DNA of 64,000 nt, from positions 6,016,001 to 6,080,000 of the forward strand of contig OZ241867.1 of NCBI GenBank assembly GCA_965203175.1, read 5' to 3'. The notes under the pieces are model-generated. The model was given only the letters and a program-made list of their open reading frames with translations. It had not been told where the DNA came from and did no database searches. Source of the stretch: Candidatus Latescibacterota bacterium (GTDB lineage: Bacteria; Latescibacterota; UBA2968; UBA8231). Below, in pieces: positions 58,097 to 64,000 of the stretch. Numbering within the stretch: the first letter of the stretch is position 1; each line of letters opens with the position of its first letter. Position numbers and translations under genes: made by a program.

Positions 58097-58866
58097 AGCT
58101 CGCCGACAAAGTCGTCCTCATCACCGGCGCTGGCTCGGGCATCGGTCGCCAAACCGCGATGCACTGTGCCCGTGAAGGCGCGCACATTGCAGCCGTTGAC
58201 ATCGACGAGACCACGGCCGAAGAAACGGCCGCAACCATCACTGCTGACGACGGGCAGGCCATCGCCATCGCCGCCGACGTGTCCCGCGCCGCCGATTGCG
58301 AGCGCATGGTGCAGCAAGCCGAAGCCGCTTATGGTCGCCTCGACGTGCTGTTCAACAACGCCGGCATCTCCCACCACGCCGACGCCGACGCCATCGACAC
58401 CGAAGAAGAGGTCTGGGATCTGACCATGGCCGTCAATCTCAAGGGCGTCTTTTTGGGCTGCAAATACGGCATTCCAGCCCTGCGCCGCGCCGGCGGTGGT
58501 GCCATCGTCAACACCGCCTCTTTCGTCGCCTTGCTCGGAGCGGCCACGCCCCAATTGGCCTATACCGCCAGCAAGGGCGGCGTCCTCGCCCTGACGCGCG
58601 AGCTAGCCGTCATCCACGCCCGCGAAAATATCCGCGTCAACGCACTCTGCCCCGGCCCGTTGCGCACCGAACTGCTGATGAAATATCTCGACAGCGAAGA
58701 AAAGCGCCAGCGCCGCTTGGTCCACATTCCCATGGGTCGCTTTGGCGAGGCGGAGGAGATCGCCCGCACGGTCGTCTTCTTGGCCTCGGACGACGCCTCC
58801 TTTATAACGGGCTCGACCTTTGTCGTCGATGGCGGCATTACCGCTGCCTACGTCACCCCAGAGTGA
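58093..58866 (+). CDS. Short-chain dehydrogenase/reductase
   Basis: GTG 58093. TGAGSGIG, NNAG, YTASK, NALCPG. Confidence 0.93.
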   Translation: MKLADKVVLITGAGSGIGRQTAMHCAREGAHIAAVDIDETTAEETAATITADDGQAIAIAADVSRAADCERMVQQAEAAYGRLDVLFNNAGISHHADADAIDTEEEVWDLTMAVNLKGVFLGCKYGIPALRRAGGGAIVNTASFVALLGAATPQLAYTASKGGVLALTRELAVIHARENIRVNALCPGPLRTELLMKYLDSEEKRQRRLVHIPMGRFGEAEEIARTVVFLASDDASFITGSTFVVDGGITAAYVTPE

Positions 58867-58874
58867 GGCCGCCC

Positions 58875-58940
58875 ATGCGCTTTGCGGCCGCAGTTTTCGA
58901 CCTCGACGGCACCCTGCTCGCCGAGCCGCTGGACTATTGA
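58875..58940 (+). pseudogene. 21-codon N-terminal remnant of a HAD-superfamily hydrolase
   Basis: GAGG RBS then MRFAAAVFDLDGTLLAEPLDY-stop, which contains the complete HAD motif I. Confidence 0.65.
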
Positions 58941-58980
58941 ACTTCCTGTAACCCACCGCACAATTCAGAAAGGGTAACCC

Positions 58981-60294
58981 ATGAGCGAATTTTTTAAGGG
59001 CATCGAAAAAATTGCCTACGAAGGCCCAGACTCTAAAAATCCCCTCGCCTTCAAGCACTACGACGCCGAGGCCACAGTCGGCGGCAAGACCATGGCCGAG
59101 CACCTGCGTTTCTCCGTGGCCTTTTGGCACAGCTTCAAGGGCGGAGGTATCGATCCCTTCGGCCCAACTCCGGTGTACGACCGGCCTTGGGACCGCGCTA
59201 CCGACCCCATGCAGCGCGCCGAAGACACCTTGCGCGCGGCCTTTGAATTCATCACCAAGCTCGGCGCGCCGTTCTACTGCTGGCACGACCGCGACATCGC
59301 ACCCGAAGGCGAGACCCTCAAAGAAAGCAACGAACGCCTCGACCACATTGTGGGGCTGGCCGAGCAATTGCAAGCCGATACGGGCGTTCGCTTGCTGTGG
59401 GGAACGTCCAACTGTTTCTCACACGCACGCTTTACCCACGGGGCCGCCACCAACCCCGACGCCCACGTCTTCGCCTGGGCCGCAGCGCAGATCAAAAAGG
59501 CCATGGAATGCACCCATCGGCTCGGGGGGGCCAATTACGTGTTTTGGGGTGGACGCGAGGGGTACTCCAGCTTGCTCAACACCAACATGGCCCACGAGCA
59601 GGACCAACTCGCGCGCTTCTTGCATATGGCCGTCGAACACAAAAAGGCGATCGGCTTTACCGGCACCCTGCTCGTGGAGCCCAAGCCCAAAGAGCCGACC
59701 AAGCACCAATACGACTACGACGCCGCCACCGTCTTGAGCTTTCTCCGCAAATACGACCTGTTGGACGAGTTCAAGCTCAACATCGAAGCCAACCACGCCA
59801 CCCTGGCCGGCCACACCTTTGAACACGACCTCCAACTCGCCTCGGCCGATGGCAAACTGGGCAGCATTGACGCCAATCGCGGCGATTACCTGCTCGGCTG
59901 GGACACCGACCAATTCCCCACCGACCTCTACTCCACCACGTACGCCATGCTGGTGATCCTCAAACAAGGCGGCATCGCTTCCGGCGGCATCAACTTCGAC
60001 GCCAAGGTGCGGCGCGGCTCCTGCGACTTGGAGGATCTCTTCCACGCCCACATCGGCGGCATGGACTCGTTTGCCCGCGGGCTAACGCTGGCCCAGCGCA
60101 TCATCGACGACGGCGCACTCGACGCCTTTGTCGAGGCGCGCTACGCCTCGTATCGCAGCGGCATCGGCGAGAAGATCATGCGCGACGAGACCAACTTCGC
60201 CGAGCTAGAGGCATACGTCCACCAGCACGGCGAGCCGGAAAAGCGCAGCGGCCGCGAGGAAATGCTGGAGAATATCGTCAATAGTTATCTGTGA
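58981..60294 (+). CDS. xylA: Xylose isomerase (class II)
   Basis: WHDRD, WGGREGY, EPKPKEP, NIEANHA, WDTDQFP, NFDAK. Confidence 0.97.
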   Translation: MSEFFKGIEKIAYEGPDSKNPLAFKHYDAEATVGGKTMAEHLRFSVAFWHSFKGGGIDPFGPTPVYDRPWDRATDPMQRAEDTLRAAFEFITKLGAPFYCWHDRDIAPEGETLKESNERLDHIVGLAEQLQADTGVRLLWGTSNCFSHARFTHGAATNPDAHVFAWAAAQIKKAMECTHRLGGANYVFWGGREGYSSLLNTNMAHEQDQLARFLHMAVEHKKAIGFTGTLLVEPKPKEPTKHQYDYDAATVLSFLRKYDLLDEFKLNIEANHATLAGHTFEHDLQLASADGKLGSIDANRGDYLLGWDTDQFPTDLYSTTYAMLVILKQGGIASGGINFDAKVRRGSCDLEDLFHAHIGGMDSFARGLTLAQRIIDDGALDAFVEARYASYRSGIGEKIMRDETNFAELEAYVHQHGEPEKRSGREEMLENIVNSYL

Positions 60295-60316
60295 GGAAGA
60301 ACAACGCGAGCTAAGC

Positions 60317-61303
60317 TCAATTGTCCCTCGGCACGGCCATCATCCGCTCCAACGCCCGCCGCGCCCCCACAATCACCTCGTCGTCCAGTGTAATTTCGTA
60401 GCGCTCGTACAGCAGCGAAAAATACACGTCTTGCAGGTCGGTGATTTTCATGTAGGGGCAGTGTAGCCGACAGCCAATGCAGCCATCCGCCGCGACGAAC
60501 TCTTGGTGCGGGAAGCGCTGCCGGAGCTGGTGCAACATGCCGTTTTCCGTGGCGATAATGAAACTCTTGGCCTCGGGATATTTTTCCACAGCCTTGAGCA
60601 TCCCCGTAGTCGAGCACACTTCGTGCGCGATTTCGACCACGTCCTCGCGGCATTCCGGGTGCGCAATGATGACGGCCTCGGGAAATTCGCTGCGGGTGCG
60701 CTCGACGCTGGCGGCGCGCAGCACGTCGTGCGTCGGACAAGCGCCGTCGTACACCACGACCTCTTTCTCCGGCACCTGCTCGGCCACCCAACGGCCCAAG
60801 TTGCGGTCCGGCGTAAAGAGGATCTTGTCGCTATCGAGGCTGCGCACCACTGAGACGGCGTTGGCCGAGGTGCAGCAGATGTCGGACTCGGCCTTCACCT
60901 CGGCCGTGGAGTTGACGTACGTCACCACCGTGTGATCGGGATAATCTGCTTTCCAATCGTCGAGGCTTTCCGGGGTGATGGAGTCGGCCAGCGAACAGCC
61001 CGCGCCCAAATGAGGCAAGAACACCTGCTTGCCGGGGCTGAGGATTTTGGCCGACTCGGCCATGAAATGCACGCCGCAAAAGACGATGCGCTCGGCATCC
61101 GTCTTGGCAGCTTCCACTGACAGCCCAAGCGAATCGCCCGTGAAGTCGGCCAAGTCTTGGATCGGCGGAATCTGGTAGTTGTGCGCGAGGATGACCGCGT
61201 TTTTCTCGCGGCGCAAATGGTTGATCTGGGCGATGAGCTCCTCGGCGGGCAGGTCGCTGTGGTACTGCCCAGCGGCTGGGGCGATCGTCTCTGAGTAGGT
61301 CAT
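60317..61303 (-). CDS. nadA: Quinolinate synthase A
   Basis: ILAHNYQ, GDSL, FCGVHFMAES, GCSLA, YVNS, CTSANA, CPTH, AHPEC, CPYMK. Confidence 0.97.
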   Translation of the reverse strand: MTYSETIAPAAGQYHSDLPAEELIAQINHLRREKNAVILAHNYQIPPIQDLADFTGDSLGLSVEAAKTDAERIVFCGVHFMAESAKILSPGKQVFLPHLGAGCSLADSITPESLDDWKADYPDHTVVTYVNSTAEVKAESDICCTSANAVSVVRSLDSDKILFTPDRNLGRWVAEQVPEKEVVVYDGACPTHDVLRAASVERTRSEFPEAVIIAHPECREDVVEIAHEVCSTTGMLKAVEKYPEAKSFIIATENGMLHQLRQRFPHQEFVAADGCIGCRLHCPYMKITDLQDVYFSLLYERYEITLDDEVIVGARRALERMMAVPRDN

Positions 61304-61509
61304 GGCTTGACTTGCGCTCCTTCGTCGGGAGGGATGGTCTCGGTGCCATTGGGGAAAACGCGCCAAAATTCCTTGCGAATGAGGCCGGTGATCATGGCGC
61401 TCTTGCTGCTGCCGTGATAGCGGGCAATCGCGTCGAGCATCTCGTGGTCCCGGTCGGGCGCCGAAAAGGTCCGCACCTTGGCCCGACGACTCTGATCTTT
61501 GGTTGGCAT
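61300..61509 (-). CDS. Small ribbon-helix-helix (CopG/MetJ-like) putative DNA-binding protein
   Basis: 69 aa: beta strand VRTFSAP, helix DHEMLDAIARYHG, turn SKS, helix AMITGLIRKEF. ATGA overlap with nadA. Confidence 0.72.
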   Translation of the reverse strand: MPTKDQSRRAKVRTFSAPDRDHEMLDAIARYHGSSKSAMITGLIRKEFWRVFPNGTETIPPDEGAQVKP

Positions 61510-61547
61510 TATATTATCTTTATATAAAATTTAATTAATATGTATGT

Positions 61548-61576
61548 AATTTAATGAATCACTGGCGGTCCGTCAA
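61548..61576 (-). promoter_or_regulatory. Sigma70 promoter of the RHH-nadA operon followed by a very AT-rich leader
   Basis: Minus strand TTGACG, 17 bp, TAAATT; then ACATACATATTAATTAAATTTTATATAAAGATAATATA-ATG. Confidence 0.7.
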
Positions 61577-61635
61577 TACATTTGTAACCGCGCTTTAACC
61601 AAATTGTCGCACAAAAAAGGAAGATGGACGCGGCC

Positions 61636-62862
61636 CTAGAGCTGGCTAATCCGCTCCATGGCCTCTTCAATCCGGTCGCGGTGATTGAAGGCCGACAGGC
61701 GCAAGTATCCCTCGCCAGCCGCGCCAAAACCCGCACCTGGCGTGCCGACGATGTGGGCCTGGTCGAGCAAGTAATCAAAGTAAGTCCAACTGTCCTGTCC
61801 GTCGGGCGTGTCCACCCACAAATAGGGAGCGTGCTCGCCCCCGTACACCGTAAGCCCAGCCGCCCCCAACTGCTGGCGCATGATCGCGGCATTTTCCATA
61901 TAGAACGCAACGCGCTCGGCAATGCCTTGCTGGCCAGCCGGCGAGTACGCAGCCGCCGCAGCGCGCTGCACCGGATACGCCACGCCATTGAACTTGGTCG
62001 AGTGCCGCCGCGCCCACAGCCGATGCAGATCCACTTCCTCGCCCGAGGCCGCGCGGCCCTTGAGCTCCTTCGGCACCACGATGTACCCACAGCGCAAACC
62101 GGTAAAGCCGGCGTTCTTGGAAAAACTGCGGAACTCGATCGCCACCTCTCGGGCACCTTCCACCTCGTAGATGGAGCGCGGGATCTCCGGATCGGTGATG
62201 TAGCTCTCGTAGGCCGCGTCAAATAGAACGACCGCCTGTTCGCGACGGGCGTATTCGATCCAGCGGGCCAAGGCGTCGCGGGTCATCACCGCGCCCGTAG
62301 GATTGTTGGGCGAGCACAAGTAGATCAGATCGACGTGACCAGCGGGCAGGTCCGGGATGAAGTCATTGGCTGCCGTGCATGGCATGTAGACCATACCGGC
62401 GTACGAACCATTCTCGTCGACTGGCCCCGTGCGACCGGCCATGACGTTGGAATCGCAGTACACTGGATAGACCGGGTCGGTCAGCGCGACCACGCAATCG
62501 TCGGCGAAAATTTCCTGCACTGCGCCCGAGTCGCACTTGGACCCGTCGGAGACAAAAATCTCGTCGCAGTGCACCTGCACGCCGCGCGCGCCAAAGTCGT
62601 GCTCGACAATGGCCTCGCGCAAAAAATCCTGACCCTGGTCGGGCGGATAGCCCTGCAAGGTATCGTCGTGCGCCATTTCTTCGACGGCTTCTTTCATCGC
62701 ATCGATCATCGGCCGCGGGATGCCCTTGACCACGTCGCCGATCCCCAAGCGGATCACGTCGGCTTGGGGATGAGCCGTGGCAAACGCATCGACCCGGCGA
62801 GCGATTTCTGGAAAGAGGTAACCGGCTTTGAGCTTGAGATAGTGATCGTTGATATGCACCAT
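61636..62862 (-). CDS. dapL: LL-diaminopimelate aminotransferase
   Basis: [55 protein letters not shown]. Confidence 0.96.
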   Translation of the reverse strand: MVHINDHYLKLKAGYLFPEIARRVDAFATAHPQADVIRLGIGDVVKGIPRPMIDAMKEAVEEMAHDDTLQGYPPDQGQDFLREAIVEHDFGARGVQVHCDEIFVSDGSKCDSGAVQEIFADDCVVALTDPVYPVYCDSNVMAGRTGPVDENGSYAGMVYMPCTAANDFIPDLPAGHVDLIYLCSPNNPTGAVMTRDALARWIEYARREQAVVLFDAAYESYITDPEIPRSIYEVEGAREVAIEFRSFSKNAGFTGLRCGYIVVPKELKGRAASGEEVDLHRLWARRHSTKFNGVAYPVQRAAAAAYSPAGQQGIAERVAFYMENAAIMRQQLGAAGLTVYGGEHAPYLWVDTPDGQDSWTYFDYLLDQAHIVGTPGAGFGAAGEGYLRLSAFNHRDRIEEAMERISQL

Positions 62863-62954
62863 AACATTGCTTTCTTTTTTGGGTAACATCAGTTAGGAGT
62901 TAGCACAAAAATCTAACGATAAGACACGCGATTTCAAGCGGAGGAGACTCGCTC

Positions 62955-63911
62955 GTGGATATAAGCTTTATGACCAGTGCCGGCGGCACCAGCAATTGGA
63001 GCCTCGACGAATGCGCCCGCTGGGCGCGGGAGCACGATTTCGACTGCGTGCGCCTAAACGACTCCGGCGCACTCGACTCGGACCACATCCTATCGGTCGG
63101 GCCGGACTCCGTGCTGGAGACCTTGCGCCAGCACGACCTGTACCTCGCCGCCCTCACCGCGCACTACAATCTGCTCGACGACGACCGCGAGCAGGCCCGC
63201 GCCGCCCAAGCCAAGCTCCTCAAGGCCATTGCGTCGGCCCGTGCCCTCGACTGCCCCGTCATCGTCACCAGCAGCGGCGCGCCCGTGCGCAACGGCCAGT
63301 TCTACGGCATGTTCTCCTCCGAACCCGGCAACCCCAGCGACCGCTCCGACGAATTAGTGGACCGCTTCCAAGCCATGTTCGAACCCGTGGTGCAAGCGGC
63401 TGAAGACAACAATGTCCGGCTCGCACTCGACGTGGCCGTGCGCATGGGCCAGATCGGCTGCAACCCAGAGATGTGGGAAAAAATCCTCGACGCCGTGCCC
63501 TCCGATCACCTTGGCCTGTCCTGCGACCCCTCGCACTGGCTGTGGATGCACATCCTGCCAGTCGAAGACGTCATCCGCGACTTTGCCGGCCATTGGTACT
63601 ACGCCGATGTCAAAGACTGCGAGATTAGCGAGCGGATGCTCTACCGCCAGGGCATCATCGGCAACTGGTGGTGGCAATACCGCGTCCCCGGCCGCGGCCA
63701 GCTCAACTGGAGCACCATCATCGGCGCGCTGTGGGAATCGGGCTACGACTACGTGCTGTGCGTGGAAAACGAGGATCGCGGCTTCCCCGGCCTAGAGGGC
63801 TTTGCCTTTGGCGGCCAACACCTGCGCAGCTTGCTGCCGCCCAAGGAGTCTAACTTTAAGCGGCAAGGGGGACATTGGAAGACGAGCGGGTGGGAGCGCA
63901 AGAGCGAGTAA
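62955..63911 (+). CDS. Sugar phosphate isomerase/epimerase (AP endonuclease 2 TIM barrel)
   Basis: GGAGGAG RBS. GLSCDPSHW, DVKD, RVPGRGQLNW, CVENED. Confidence 0.85.
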   Translation: MDISFMTSAGGTSNWSLDECARWAREHDFDCVRLNDSGALDSDHILSVGPDSVLETLRQHDLYLAALTAHYNLLDDDREQARAAQAKLLKAIASARALDCPVIVTSSGAPVRNGQFYGMFSSEPGNPSDRSDELVDRFQAMFEPVVQAAEDNNVRLALDVAVRMGQIGCNPEMWEKILDAVPSDHLGLSCDPSHWLWMHILPVEDVIRDFAGHWYYADVKDCEISERMLYRQGIIGNWWWQYRVPGRGQLNWSTIIGALWESGYDYVLCVENEDRGFPGLEGFAFGGQHLRSLLPPKESNFKRQGGHWKTSGWERKSE

Positions 63912-63975
63912 CTTGCCGTTAGGACCATTTGCCCTATCCTTTATTTGCTACGCTGCAACCAGCCACAGAGGAGCC

Positions 63976-64000
63976 ATGAACACGGACAAAAACCGCGACT
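63976..64000 (+). CDS. Start of a CDS running off the window (MNTDKNRD...)
   Basis: GAGGAG RBS 5 nt before ATG; frame open to the window end. Confidence 0.5.

Noticed and set aside
1-64000. tRNA, rRNA, CRISPR array, prophage or IS elements
   Set aside because: None recognised; intergenic gaps are short and no transposase, integrase or repeat-spacer pattern was seen.

Overview
A gene-dense, GC-rich bacterial chromosomal window with about 57 CDS. I found no rRNA, tRNA, CRISPR array, transposase or integrase. The gene content (paired PhyH dioxygenases, enolase-superfamily enzymes, sulfatase, sugar-acid catabolism, TA modules) resembles marine or sponge-associated Latescibacterota/Gemmatimonadota/Poribacteria-like genomes; this is an inference. 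Housekeeping genes include purL, sucA-sucB-lpdA, nadA, dapL, xylA, msrB, sodC and hsp20. The strongest candidate for an undescribed system is at 534-7292. It is a complete partner-switching circuit: orphan periplasmic binding protein, membrane histidine kinase, REC-PP2C phosphatase, RsbW-like kinase and STAS protein. No sigma factor is present, and the STAS gene, not glnK, accompanies an ammonium transporter. A close paralog of the binding protein recurs at 17-18 kb next to a CBS-domain cation/H+ antiporter and xdhAB. Other highlights are a small ribbon-helix-helix gene coupled to nadA (possible new NAD regulator) and an AT-rich restriction-modification cassette inside sucB-lpdA whose endonuclease is broken by a 5-bp CATAC duplication. 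There is also a soluble GAF-PAS-HK-REC-wHTH fusion preceded by five helically phased repeats, a Schlafen/AlbA_2 gene near two TA pairs, and an MrfA-MrfB-like helicase-exonuclease fusion. A CCWGG-depletion signature separates resident from recently acquired genes. All calls come from motif recognition by eye; no database searches were run.
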